Shown: positions 16,666 to 30,192, numbered from the stretch's first letter. The stretch: 64,000 bases of DNA from the human T2T-CHM13v2.0 reference genome, Homo sapiens (GCF_009914755.1 NC_060936.1), one strand, 5' to 3'. Numbers and translations: made by a program. Notes: generated by a model not told the origin, from the letters alone.

Positions 16666-16759
16666 AGTCATAAATATAATGGCTCATTTGAGGAATATTT
16701 TAACAAATTTTATATTTTTCTTGTGATAATATCATAATCTACACATAAGTTAATATATA

Positions 16760-16964
16760 CAGTAAGTTCTCACTTAACATCATTGGAAGGTTCTTGGAAA
16801 CAGCAACTTTAACAAAAACAGCATGCAGCAGGCCCTTGAATATAGTCATTTCATTCATTATTTCATTATAATGTTAAAAGAAAAACAATTGGTTTTATTG
16901 TATGTCCTTCCACTTAAAGTCAGTTTCCAAGAACCTATTAACAATGTTAAGTGAGAACCTACTG
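16760..16964. mobile_element. MER82-like TcMar-Tigger MITE, short internally deleted form with ~50-bp terminal inverted repeats
   Basis: ta|cagtaagttctcacttaacat...aggttcttggaaac at the left end and its reverse complement gtttccaagaacct...atgttaagtgagaacctactg at the right end. Confidence 0.85.
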
Positions 16965-17821
16965 TGTGTGTATATGTGTGTGTGTAAAACTCATGAGGCA
17001 AACAACATAGTTTGTCCAATAAATTGAAAATTATTGTATAAGTAGAATTAAAGTATAAGTAGAAAATATTTCTACTTTTTTCTAACACTTGCTATGGACC
17101 TTGAAATCTCCTTTCCCACTGTGTAACTGATTACTGTAACTGCTTCTAATTTGAGCCCATGAATTTGAATCGCTTTAAATGTCTTCACATATTTAATTCA
17201 AAGTTTTTCTCCTTCCCAAATTGAGTCTAGCTTTGCAGTCCTTTCCACCAGGTTGGGTGGGGTAGACTCAAGATCTACTCTTTCCTCTGGATCTCTTCTT
17301 TTACCTATTTCTCTACTTGAAAATATACAGGGGAAGAAAAGGTAAAAATAGCCATACAGAGAGGTCGTTGTCCCTATCATGTGGCATGACACCAGTTCCC
17401 CAGCTAATGAGAACTGGTTTTTGTTTACCTCTCTATGGTAATGCTGGGCCTTTTAGGAGAAAGATGTGTGATTGTACAAAGGGTACTATAAGATTTGCAC
17501 AGATCTACCTTAAGCTATTCTTCCTGTCTCTACCACTCACCTACTAAAATTTTGACAAGAAGTTTTTTTTTTTTAATTTTAAATGCTTAATGCAAATGAG
17601 TCATCGAAGTAGTGACTGCTTAGTATAATTATGCTTGACATTTATTGAGCCCTTAATATGGTGGTCTACTCCACATTTTGTTGTCACTTGGGCCCTTTGC
17701 TAAGGAGGCACCTTACTTCAAAATAGTGATAAGTCAACTTAAGCTTCAGACAATAAATAAGGTGTTCCTGTAATTAATGGAAACCTCATGTATTCTTATC
17801 CTGATAAATAGTGAGATATAG

Positions 17822-18193
<372 letters not shown>

Positions 18194-18433
18194 TGACCTC
18201 ATACTACTTTTTCAGGTGCACTAATGTTAGATGTTTCATTTCCCTAGTTTGTTCCATTTTGCACAGTCACAATTTCATCGTATTGACATTGAGCATATCA
18301 CTTAAAATTTCTGTTCCTGTTTCTTTACATGTAGTACACAGATCAGGACACTTAATTCATGAAAGGTTTAACTGAGAAAGTGCTGTAAATCACAGTGAAT
18401 ATATGAAGAACCATTAATCCAAACCTCTCTCTC

Positions 18434-18455
18434 ATACACATCACACACACACACA

Positions 18456-18497
<42 letters not shown>
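18434..18497. repeat. (CA)n microsatellite
   Basis: About 28 CA units with few interruptions. Confidence 0.97.
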
Positions 18498-18499
<2 letters not shown>

Positions 18500-18702
18500 G
18501 TTTTAGAACCTACTCTATATGTAAGGTCAAATGCTGTATAATATAAGCATAGAGCCATCATATCAATATTGGTAAAGTTAAAAAGCAGAAGGGGAATAAT
18601 ATTTTGACCTCACTAATTTGTTTTCCCCTTTTGCTGACCCAGCTTTCTACATTCCACAGGGACAGGAAGGCAAATATATCTACAGAAGGATGAGGATATA
18701 AT

Positions 18703-19195
18703 TGTATTATTTTTCTCTTGTTGCCACAATAAATTATCACACATTTAGAAGCTTAAGACAACACAGATTCATTACCTCACAGTTTCTGGAAGGGTAGACC
18801 TGACTTGGATCTCACAGGACTAAAATCAAGGTGTTGGTATGTCTGCATTTCTTACTAGAGGCTCCAGATATAATCTAATTTCAGACCAAGGCAGAATTCA
18901 GTTCCATGTGGTTGTAGAACTGAAGCCTCCATTTCTCTGTTGGCTGTGAATCTTGCTCCTAAGGTATCCACAGTCCTTCTGTGTTTATCATATGGTCTGT
19001 AGCCTCCTTCCAATAATAGTGGGTCGCCTCTGTTTCAGGACTGAAACATCTTTCAGTTCAGCCACATTTCTCTGACTCGTTCTCGTGCCTTTCTCTTCGG
19101 CTTTTAAGGGCTCATGTGATTACATTGGGCCCACCTGGATAACTCAGACTAATCTCCCTATTTTAAGGTCAGCTGATAAGCAACCTTACTTTCAA
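18703..19195 (-). mobile_element. MLT1-family MaLR LTR
   Basis: gcttaagacaacacagattcattacctcacagtttctgg, aaatcaaggtgttgg, tgattacattgggcccacctggataa. Confidence 0.8.
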
Positions 19196-19594
19196 AGTTC
19201 AAAGAGCAGTACATTGTGCTCTTTCAGGTATACAGTTACACAGTGTCCTCCCAAACTTGAACGCTTTTTTGTATGAGATGGAAGAATTTGCATGCCTTTT
19301 TCCTCCTTGGTACCTCTCAGCTTGAAAACAACGACGACAACAACAACAACAAAAAACAGCTGGAAGTTCTTCAACTTGGAATGTAAGTAGAGTTCTAGAG
19401 TTCTCTAGGCCTCCAAATTATTAGATAAATTATTTACGCCAATTCTGAGGAAGCAGAAAAATCTCACTAAACATTTCTGTTTATTCTGATACTGCTGGTA
19501 GGAAGAAAACAATGATTGTTTCACAGATGAGAACACTCAAGCAAAACAAGATCGGCACAGCACATGGTATTCTAATCAGGCAAAACACCTAGTA

Positions 19595-19843
19595 CACGTT
19601 GAATATTCCTTATCTGAAATGCTTGGGACCAAAAGTGTTTTGGATTTCAGATTTCTTTAAATTTATTTTGGAATATTTGCATTATATACTTCTAGTTCAG
19701 CATCCCTAATCCAAAAATACAAAAATCTGAAATGTTGTAATCAGCATTTCTTTGAGCATCATCTTGGTGCTTGAAAACTTTCAAATTTTGGAGCATTTTG
19801 TATCTTAGATTTTTAGATTTTTGGATTAGGGATACTCAACCTA
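19595..19843. mobile_element. Tigger4a/MER46A DNA-transposon MITE
   Basis: Terminal inverted repeats ca(c)gttgaatattcc ... ggatactcaacct flanked by TA; internal aaatgcttgggaccaaaagtgttttggatttc. Confidence 0.88.
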
Positions 19844-20309
19844 TATATCACCTTTCATTTCTTCAGTACTATAATGTAAATGAGGTTAGGAACATTTTTG
19901 ATTTTGCTCAATGTTTTGTTTAAGTGCCTTCATATTTCTAGACAGGGAGCAAGCATTCAACAAACTGCATTCACCACTCTAAGTAGTGGGCATTTTATTT
20001 GGAATTTTTCGGCTATGCCTGTTAGCATAGATGAGCCTATTTATCTCATGGCCAAAACCTAGATCTGCAAAGACTCTTATATATCAATTAATATGGCCCT
20101 ACTTTAGGCAGGTAGGTATTATTATCATTCCACTTTACCAGGAAGAGGACTGAGGCCCAAAGTGAGAGGATGATGATCCTGCTAGAAAAATACAGATGGA
20201 AGAACATAGCCAAAAGTTGCTGACTCCCAGTGCAGTTCTTTCTTTATTTCACAATTTTGCTCAAGTATAACAAGCTGAAATTGTTTCTTTTCTTCTCTTT
20301 GCACACCAG

Positions 20310-20490
20310 AGAATTTAATCAAAAAGGCAGACAAAAAATTAAATCAAGTTGTTGCCACCAGGATACAGGCTACCTGCCCTTTGCTGAGAAAGATGAATAC
20401 TTGGTATTGAACATCATCTTACTCCATAAAGAAGGTCCCACCAGGCCCTATCTGCAAAATGTCAAGAGAATTTCCTCCCGAAACCCTGTG
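20310..20490 (+). other. Candidate 181-nt exon with one open reading frame
   Basis: Strong polypyrimidine acceptor ttgtttcttttcttctctttgcacaccag| and donor GTG|gtaagt; lies within ORF 20230-20502. Confidence 0.35.
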
Positions 20491-20799
20491 GTAAGTGGAT
20501 AGCCAGCCAATACAAATTAAAAACAGAGTCAGGTAGCAGTGTTGTTCTTATAATGCTATATACCTTGAGCTAGAATAAAGATGAAATCCATAAAACCCAG
20601 GATAGGTGCTGGGTCCATTTTGGTTAAAAGAAGAAAGCTGTAAAGCTTTTACTCTTGAATGAGAAAAAAAGGGGGAAAAACAAAAGCTTTCTGGGAGTCT
20701 GTTTTTCAATATGGAAGATAAAATTTGGCCAGTTCTGAAAGACAATCTGTTCACTTACTAACTGCATTTAAGCTTCCCAGCAGCCCACAGGAGCCTTTC

Positions 20800-20950
20800 C
20801 AATTTCTCAGAGAAAGACTCGGTGTTCAGGCTGTGAGGTGTATACCAATCAGTAGTGGGACGTGGGTCGCAGCTTCCCTTTAGGCGGGTTGGCTCTTTGC
20901 TGAAGATGGGAAGAGTTGGAAGGCAGCCAAAGTGGAGAAACAAACAGAAG
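20800..20950. promoter_or_regulatory. Candidate non-CpG-island promoter or enhancer
   Basis: Local GC/CpG rise in apparently unique DNA; ccaatcag (NF-Y) at ~20845, gggacgtggg, aggcgggtt (GC box-like), gaagatgg (YY1-like). Confidence 0.35.
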
Positions 20951-21559
20951 TGGTGTCAGTGGATTTTTGTTGTTATAAATGCGAAGTAATTCGACATATT
21001 AAAAGTAATATAAAATTACACAAGAATACTTAAATTTGGGGTTTGAAATTAGATTGTCTTTAAATCTGACTGTGAAGAGTATCTTTTTCTCAAAGCCAAG
21101 TTTCTATCAGAAATTTAATGCAAAAGATGATGTCATTATATGGTTAAATTAAAAAATGAAGAAAAACAATCTAGCTTCAATCTATGTATTTTGAAACAAG
21201 AACAATTTAGTATTCCATGTTTGCCAAGAGAGTCATGTAATATCTCTACTCTATTTTGTCATGTAAGCCGTGCATTTAACAATGTATGCTTTAAGAGAAA
21301 AAAAAATTCCTATCCGTGTTTATGAATCTAAAGTATGTTCAGGTACAGAGATTTTATTTGGTTCAGGGTGATCAATAAGGTGCATTCATATAATTTCAAA
21401 TTAACTCTCATCGTGGGCTGATTTTTATAAGTAATAATGCTAGTTTATTTTCTATCTCTACAGAATATAACCATGTAAACATCTATTCTTATATTGAAAA
21501 TTTACTATGTTGTAACTTAAGAAAAACTGTATACATTATTTTCTTTCATTAATCAAATA

Positions 21560-21950
21560 AATTCCTGTATAGAAAACAAACAACATATCCTCAATATCTC
21601 TCCATTTCAGAATACAAAGAACTTCCTCATTCTTCCTTACAACTGCATTTTATTTCATTGTGAGTATAAAATCATAGTTAATTTAACTCTTCCCTCCCTC
21701 ATTAATGATTTCTGTGCTAGTTCTGATATGCTACTATGACAAAAATGCTGCAATGCTATCGATGTACACATGTCATTTCATTTATATCATGTCATATATA
21801 TGCAGATAAATCTATAGGATAGATTTCATGTGTGAGACTTTTAGAAATAATAATAAATACATTTTAAATTCTGATAGATATTGCCAATTGTGTTTTAAAA
21901 TTCATTGCTATTATACCATTTCCACCAACCAATGCTTGTGCATGCCTATG
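21560..21950 (-). mobile_element. Old L1M(E) 3' fragment
   Basis: acttcctcattcttccttacaactgc, gatagatattgccaattgtg, ttccaccaaccaatg. Confidence 0.55.
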
Positions 21951-22369
21951 GGAAAAATACTGTCAACATCGAATAGAATGTTTCTTTACATTTGCTTTTC
22001 AGGTGAGAATATTAGTCTCTATTTTCCTCCTTTTTGCCCTTAGCAAAGAATATGGGAAGAAAGGTTCAGGAAAAGCTGCCATCATAATCTAATTTTATTT
22101 TGAGAACTGGTAACTGAATTAGTTAACTGAGTAGTTTGGTAACTGAGTTAAAGTTTAAATAACAAGGACAGCTTTATAATCAATTAAAATAAAAGATAAT
22201 TTTGACAGCTCAAATGTGAGAAAATGATCACACAGCTAAAGAAACTAGTAAGTACAAAAGTAAATTCCTGGAAAAGTTGATTTCAGGGGAATATGGGTGA
22301 AAAGCAAACCCACAAAACATTGGAGTTGTTTTTTGAGTATTCTTTGTGGATTAGACAACTATCTTTGCT

Positions 22370-22515
22370 GCTTTTCTCCCTCCTTTTCTGCTTTCCTGTC
22401 TTCCTTTCCTTTCGTTCTCCCCTCTCCCCACCTCCTCCCTCCCTCCCTTCTTCCTTCCTTCCTTTTCTTCCTTTTCTTCCTTCACTTCTTAACTTTTACC
22501 TTCCTGCCTCCCTTT
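22370..22515. repeat. CT-rich polypyrimidine low-complexity tract
   Basis: (CCTT)/(CCCT)-rich run. Confidence 0.85.
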
Positions 22516-23684
22516 TATACCTATGGAAAATTAAGAATTGAAATGGCTTAATATGAAATTGCAAGCATATGCCTAATTTCCAAATTAACGACTACATTAG
22601 TGCTAGTCAGATTTAACTTGTATAAAATGTTTGGGCTCTAGTATAATCTGAGCTATAATTTTTTTATGAATCAAAAGCATTTAGCATAAAATCGTTTTCT
22701 TCTTCGGTAGTTACTCAGTGCCAGAAAATATAATGCAAACATGAAAATGACTCAAATTATTTTTTCAAAGACTTCTCTCTATATCTGGGATGCCAGAAAC
22801 AGAAAGAAGTACTTATAATATAATAAGATATATTAGAATTGAGGTACTAATAATCTATAGTGGGAAGGCAGGTAAGAAAACAGTTCAGGGTGAAGAATTA
22901 TGATTAGATGAGTGAGGTCAAAACACAGAGAGGAGGCAATGCATGAGCTGGCTTTTCAAAGATAAACTCAATATTTTGTATGTAAAAAAGATAAGGAAGA
23001 CCTTTTCTGGGGATCAGTAGCCATCACAGATGTGAATTTTAGTAATATGACATTGAAGTACTTTTTAATATGGACTGGATGGCAAAAAGAATTTCAATAA
23101 AAATGTATCAGGTGATGAAAACTTGACAGAGGGGAAGTATGAATAAGGAAAAATAATCAGGTGGCAGTAGAGAAAGAAAAAAAAAAACAGGTTTGTGAAG
23201 GAGGAGGATTCTCCAGGCAGGGGGTCAGCTTGTCAGATTGGTAAGGAGGCATCAGTAAATGGAGAGAGTTCAGCAAATTAGGTAAGTTAGAAAAAAAGAA
23301 AAATCAGAAAAAACAATTCCTTTATGTTGGAGCCAACAATAAAACTGAAATAAGTGAATGTCTCTCTTGAAGCTTCCCTTTTTTCTTTTAACCACATTAA
23401 TCCATCCTCCTGCTGTGATCATTTCAGTACTGTTGTTCAGACAAAAAAAAAAAAAAATCCCATCATTTTGAAGCCTGAAGCCATTTAGATTGGAGTAGAA
23501 GCTTAGTCTTCATACCAAAATTTCTCTCTAAACAAATATTTAATTCACAATATTAGCATGAAAGGATTTTATTACAGTGGCTAAGTTAGTGCCAAAATTT
23601 AATGGGACACATTAACTGAGACAAGATATGTTAGGACATCAGATTTACTCTGTTTTCAATTAACTCAACAATTTATCTTTGATG

Positions 23685-24740
23685 ATTTCATTTAATCTCT
23701 TATTCAACAAATAATGTTTGAGTGTCAATTAAGTGCCAGGGAATCTTTTAGGAACAGTGAATGCATTGCTTTCCTTACAGAGCTTTCTTCCCAGTGGTGA
23801 TAAAAAGATAAACAAATGAGTATGAATTATGTTGAATAATGATAAGAGCTAAGAAAAGGGAGTGTTAAATAAGAGAATCACAGTTGTATACAGGATTTTC
23901 CAGAGGATTGACTGAGAAGTTAACATTTGAACAAAGAAATGAAGCTGGTGAATCAGCAAGCCGTGTGATGACTGGAGAAGAGCACTCCACACAGAGAGAA
24001 GAACAAATGCCCTAGTGTGCTCTAGGAGACTCTCTAGTATACTCTACAAATGGTCAAGATTCCAAGTGACTAAAGCTGAATGAGCACAAAACAGTAGAGA
24101 GTGCCACACAGGAATAACAGGGTCCACTTTACATAGGGCCTTGGAAATCATTATGTAGAACTTGATATTTGTTCTGATTTAGATGAGAAGCCACTGAAAT
24201 GAAAAGAGAAGCAACATAACCAACCTTACTTTTGAACAGGGTCACTCTGGCTACTGTTGAGAATATACTGAATGTACATAAACAAGAAGCAGGAAAACCA
24301 TTAAGGAGACTATTAACAAATCCAACTGTGAGTGAGGTAGCTTGGAATGGAGATGCAGCAATGATGATAGTAATAGCGTCAGAAAGGAGTAAGCTGATTC
24401 TGGATAAATGTAAACAGACTCTGTATAAATGTTGATGATAAAGCTGACAGAATGTGTTAATGAATTGTATGTAGAATGTTAAAAAACAGCAAAGAGTCAA
24501 CGGAAGCTACACATTTTAAGGCCTGAGCAATGGAAAGAACAGAGTTTCCATTTAACAATATTGCAGACACTTTTCGGAGATCAGTTTGAGAAGGAATAGT
24601 ATAAGCTCAACCTCTAAATGTTAAGCTTAAGATGTCTATTAAACATCAAGTTTAGATGTCTAGTAAATCATTGAATACATGAGTTTGTAGTTTAGGGGAG
24701 AAGTCCAGGCTGGAGATTTAGATTTGGAATTAATCAGCAA
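23685..24740 (-). mobile_element. L2 (LINE-2) 3' portion
   Basis: attcaacaaataatgtttgagtg (reverse complement of the L2 3' end), ggtcactctggctactgttgagaat, ggcctgagcaatggaaagaacagagtttccatttaac. Confidence 0.8.
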
Positions 24741-25228
24741 TTATTTATTTGTTACCAATTATGTCCTTTGAATGTAACAGACATTTTAGAAAGACAGATA
24801 CGGTTTTGCCTTCAAAGACTGAGAGTGAAACTTCAAAAATGTAATGTATACTAGTAAAATAGCAAGAAAGCAATTGTACAGATCAGTGCTAAAGCATCTT
24901 TATCTCAAGGAGAGAGATGGTTGTAGCTGAAAAGAGTTATATAAAAGAGATCAATCTTCAGAAGCCAGAAACATTTTCATCAGAAATATTGAGGAAATAG
25001 ATGTTTTAGAAAGAGAGGCTTGAGAAGGGTTTGAAAAGGAAATGGAGTTTCACTTCCTTTGACCTGACTGATCTCCCTTCATCATTTTTTCCACTCACCT
25101 CCATCATTACATTTGTAAAAGTTTTCTTTTAAAAATATGATCCATAAATATATATATTTCTATTATGTACCCGTAAAAATTAAAAATAAAAAACTCATAA
25201 TCTTCGACTTTAATTTTCTGTGTACTAC

Positions 25229-25709
25229 TGAGAGAGACAGGAGACAGCCAAGGGTCCCTGCTGAAACCCCACCTTCAAGCCTAAAACAGCCTGAAGGCTG
25301 AAAGAGAAGACTGCTGGTGCTGGATGAAACCCATGACCCAGATGGAGAACTGCTCCTGTTTGCCCACCCTTTCCCAAATGATTCTTTATGAATAATGCCC
25401 ACATGCACACTACAAGAACAGAGTGGAGCCACCAAGAATTTGTGCCTTGTGCAGTGGGGAGGAGCCTGGCCTCTCTTCAGCTTGTGTGTGTGGCGGCCTG
25501 GTATTCAATCTGTGAAGTGGGAGCCTGTTGGCAGGATCCCCTCTTGCTTTGCTGAGAGTTTTTTGTTTTTTTTGTTTTTTTGTTTTTTTCCTTTTCACCC
25601 AATAAATTTCACTCTCCTCACCCTTCATTCTGTCCCTATGCCTAATGTTTCCTGGTTCTGACACAAGAACCCAGATTTAGCTGAACTAAGGAGCAAAAAT
25701 CCTGCATCA
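25229..25709 (+). mobile_element. ERV1 solo LTR (MER61-like), complete
   Basis: TG...CA ends, 4-bp TSD ctac (25225-25228 and 25710-25713), AATAAA at 25601, terminal ctgaactaaggagcaaaaatcctgcatca. Confidence 0.85.
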
Positions 25710-26679
25710 CTACAAACCACACTATTTCTATGATACACAGCACCCTTCACTTATTAGCTGCAGTGTCATCACGGCCTGTGTTTCTCATTCTGAAATGCCT
25801 GCCTCTTTCACAAGAGCCAGGTGGTTTGCCCTGAGCTCCGTACCATCTATTTGCATGATTCTTTTGTTTTTCTTTCCTTTCCTCTATGACTGCTCTACCT
25901 GACATTAATTTATGAAACTCATCTTATCTTGCAATGTTCTGCTTCAATGTCCTCAAGTAAGATTTTAGGACTCACTGAACATCCCTCAAAGACTAAGACT
26001 ACATGCTTCTCACAGCCTGGGGAAGTAAAATACTCCTTTTTCCTTTTGCATTTAACAATTTGTTTATGTGTGTGTTCTAGTGGATAACACTTTGCAATGG
26101 TTATTTACTAGTTCATTTTTCTGCTCTACTATATGTTGAACTCCTCAAGGCAGTTACTCCATCCTGTTGATCTCCCTGTTGGTTGAGGCTATCAAAGTTA
26201 CTAATACATAATAAATCCTCAATAATTTTTTAAAAAATCACAATTAAATTTAAAGGAAAAATGTATTTCTTTAAAATTATGTTTGCTTTAATATTATGAC
26301 CCTTAGCTAAGTGCCATTTAGATTTTAATTCCTCAGAGAAGAAATGCTATTATTTTACTTATTTATATTACATCAGGATAACTTGCCAAACTCACATTTT
26401 TAGTTCTAATTCATCATTTCTTATATTGATAATTATATATATAATTATTTTGATTTTACAGATGAGGAAAAGAAGTATATGTATCTTTAAATCTTTATGC
26501 CTTTTTTTAAATTTTATTGATTAACCAGAATTTCTGGTAACATGTTGAAAATAGAAAAGATAGTTGCCAGACTTGTTTAATTCCCCCCTCCTTTATAAGC
26601 ATGCTTCCAAGACTTCATCATTACATATCTTGCAGTGGTTGAGAGTATAAACATGAAAATCAGAATACTCAAGATTGTA

Positions 26680-26860
26680 TCCTAACTGCCTCAGTTACTA
26701 ACGGCCCAATCCTATAATAATTTAACTTAATCTCGCAATGCCTTCATTTCCTCATCTGTAAAATCAATATAATAATCAGATTAAGTGATATAATATATGT
26801 AGAGTACTTAACACAGTGTCTAGGTTATAATGCCTTCAATAAACATTAATTATTGTCATT
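26680..26860 (+). mobile_element. MIR fragment
   Basis: gccttcatttcctcatctgtaaaat...cttcaataaacatt. Confidence 0.75.
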
Positions 26861-27089
26861 TTTTTTGTTTCACTCTGCTGAAGTTCACATTAACAAGTCT
26901 AATAGTTCTATGTGCTCAACTTGCCCAACTATTTAACTGCTTGTTTCTTCATCGGCCCTTAAATAATACATTACCTTTTATTTATTTTTTATTCTTTCTA
27001 TCTCAAAGGCAACTTTTTAAAAATCCATCTATGGCAACTTCTCTAATCAATATGTAAATTTTAAAGAATTTACTATATAAAGCTAACCG

Positions 27090-28110
27090 ATTTTCTCTCT
27101 TCCTTCTGTAATATTATGGTGGTTTAATTAACCCATTTTCATGGCTATAAATACAGTCTACTGGATGATAGTGTGCTTGTATTTGTATTTTCAGGTCCAG
27201 ATCTCTCCTGAGTTCAAGACTTAGGCACCAATTACCTATTTGACATCTTCATTATGTTTAATAAGCATCTAAAGTATCAAATCTTCAAAACAGAACACCT
27301 GATAACTGTTCCTATGAAAATAACTTCTTCCTACTCTCACACCCATCTCAATAGTACCAAGTCTGTTTTTCCATTTGTTCAGATCAAAGCAAATTGGAGT
27401 CATCTTTTTTTTGCACTGCAATATCTGATACTTGAACAAATTATTTTGACCCTCCTTTCAGAAATATATCCAGAATTTGACCACTTCTTATTCACTCCAA
27501 GTCTATTACACTATACCTACCACTTATCAGCTACTGAATTCTTTAATAATGTGCATTTGGTCACTTTGTCTCCACAATTGTTTCTCTACAGTCTCTAACC
27601 CACATCGCAGTCAACATGTTTCTTTTTTAGTTTGTTTGTGTTTCTTGAGCTTAATGAGAAAGCAGTCAATGTATTTCTTTAAGTATGTAAGTCAGATGAT
27701 CTCATTTATTTGCCACTAATCCTGAATGCCTCCTTTCCCACTAAGAATACAATGCAGAAATTTCCCTGTGGTGTACAAAGCCTTACACAATTAGCTATCA
27801 CACTGAGCTTGTCAACTCGGACTGTCTTGTAACATGTAAAACATTTTAATCACATCAGTCTCCTTATGACTCTTGGAGCTGACAAAGTTAGCTCCTATTT
27901 TTCACAAGTTTTACACGTTTCTATTTCCTTTGCCTGGGATGCCCTTCCTCAAACTCTTCATAAAGCTAACTTCTGATCATCTACATTCTCTCTCAAACAT
28001 CAATTTTTTACAGATTGTTTCTTATCACCATATCTAAAACATCCTAGTCCAGTCTACACTATTACCCTGTTTCATTTTCTTCGTGGAATTTATATTACCT
28101 GAACTATATA
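27090..28110 (+). mobile_element. L2 fragment
   Basis: ccagatctctcctgagttcaagact, cttcagaaatatatccagaatttgaccacttct, cctttgcctgggatgcccttcc. Confidence 0.75.
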
Positions 28111-29001
28111 ATTCAGATAGTATAAGCATGTCTCCCACCATCCATCATCCATTTACTTCATTTGATTCCAGTATACATGTATAACAGTATCTGAATTGTT
28201 AACTTATATGCCTGAGGGAAATAATCATTAACTAGACTATAGTTTTTATGCGCAGTTCGTTTTGCCTTTAGTTTTACAGACAGATTTATCTCCAAAGCTA
28301 CGTTTGCACCTTTTCCTTCACCCTCTTCAGTGATATCGCTTCATACATTTGTAATAGAGTTAGACTCTTTTCATTGTCATCATTCTTTCCTAGCTGGAAT
28401 TTCAAACAGCTCCTAAATGATACACACACACACACACACAGAGACACATGTATACACACGTATATTAACTAGGCTACAGTTAAAATTTGCTCTTGTAAAG
28501 TTCTACAGGTTTTAAAAAGCAAAATGTTATATATATTTTATAACAGTGTCATACAGTATTTTCACCTAAAAACCACCTGGCAACCCGCTCAACTTCCCTC
28601 ACTCCCAAGACCCTGGAAACTACTTAGATGTTTCATATCTCTATAGTTTTGCCTTTTCTTGAACATCATATAAATGGGATCACACAGTCTATAGCCTATT
28701 CATACCAGGTTCTTTTACTTAGCAATATACATTTAATGTTCATTCATGTCCTTTTTATGGCTTGATAGCTAATTTTTATTGCTAAATAATATTCCATTGA
28801 AGGAATATAATAGTTTATCCATTCAAGTATTAAAAACATATTTCATGCTCGCAGCTTTTAGTAATTATGAATAACATTGCAAAAAACATATTCATGTGCA
28901 GATTTTTGTACAGACATAAGTTTTCAACTTTGGGTAAATACCAAGGAACACAGCTGATTGCTAGATCATATAGTAATACTGTATTTAGCTTCACAAATAT
29001 C

Positions 29002-29468
29002 TTATAAATGAGCCAAAGATGGCCTTTGTATATTGGCCCCTAAGTTGTTTATGTCTTCATTGCCCAATGAGACCCGTTCACTCACAAGCCCATCAGCTAA
29101 CCTCAACCTAAACAACCAAATTTTTAGTCATTAGAGCTTGCTTGCTTTGCATACTACATGCAAATAGATGTAGCATCTATTGTCTGTTGATAACACAGGG
29201 CTTGTATTATAAGATCCCATGCAACTACCACCCTTCAGAATTTCTAATCTAGATATAGCTGGCTGTGCGACTTAGAGACAACACCTAGACACATAAGTTC
29301 CCTTTCAAATCCCTCTTTCTCCCTTAAAAGTTTTCTTGTTCTGCTCACTACTGCATGGAAGTCCCCTTCCATGCAACCTGCTCCATTCAATAAATCTTGT
29401 CATCTGTTATTGTGTGTTACATGTCTTCTTCCTTGTGCAGTCCCCCCAAATCCCTTGAACATTCTACA
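29002..29468 (+). mobile_element. ERV1 MER4-group LTR (MER67-like) inserted in the L1M
   Basis: gagccaaagatggcctttgtatattggcccc near the start, AATAAA near 29388, ends ...cttgaacattctaca; L1 sequence resumes on both sides. Confidence 0.6.
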
Positions 29469-30192
29469 GAAAGAAACAACCACACTGTCTTCTAAAGTGA
29501 ATATACCATTTGCATTCCCAGCAGTAATGAATGACATGCCTGTTACTCCACAACCTGGCCAGCATTTGGCATTTTCAATGTTTCTAATTTTAGCAATTCT
29601 TATAGATGTGTAGGGGCATCTTGTTTTAATTTGCAATTCCTTAATAAAAATGATGTTGAATATTTTTATATGTCGATTTGCCACCTCCGTATCTTCTTTG
29701 GTGAGTTGTTTGTTCAGATTTTTGATGACTTTTATAGGGTTGTTTCCTTATTGTTTAGTTTTAGGAGTTTTAAAATTTTTATTATTTATTTATTTTATAG
29801 TACCACTACCACACTGAATAGAAGTTTAAAAAAATTGTTTACAAGTTGTTTGGAAGCTTTGTGTTTTGCAAATATTTTATCCCAGTCTGTGGCTTGTATT
29901 TTTGTACCCCAAAAGATTATTTTGAAGAGCAGATTTTTTATTTTAACAGACTAAGTAATCAGGGTTTTTTGTGTGTGTGCCTGTGATTTTTATGTTGTAT
30001 ATAAAAATTCATTGCCAAACCCAAGATGCAACTTTATCATTATACAATGATAAATACAACCCAAGATCACCTAGATTCTTTTCTATGTTATCTTCCAGAA
30101 GTTTTATAGTTATACACTCACATCTTTCCCTTTAACCTATCTTAGTTTTTATATTCAAAGTAGGTTTCTTGTAGAAAATGTATAGTTGGGCC

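Noticed and set aside
22860-23290. Strong donor-like sites (cag|gtaaga, tg|gtaagg, tag|gtaagt)
   Set aside because: No convincing paired acceptor or open frame; expected by chance, and partly within L2-like sequence.
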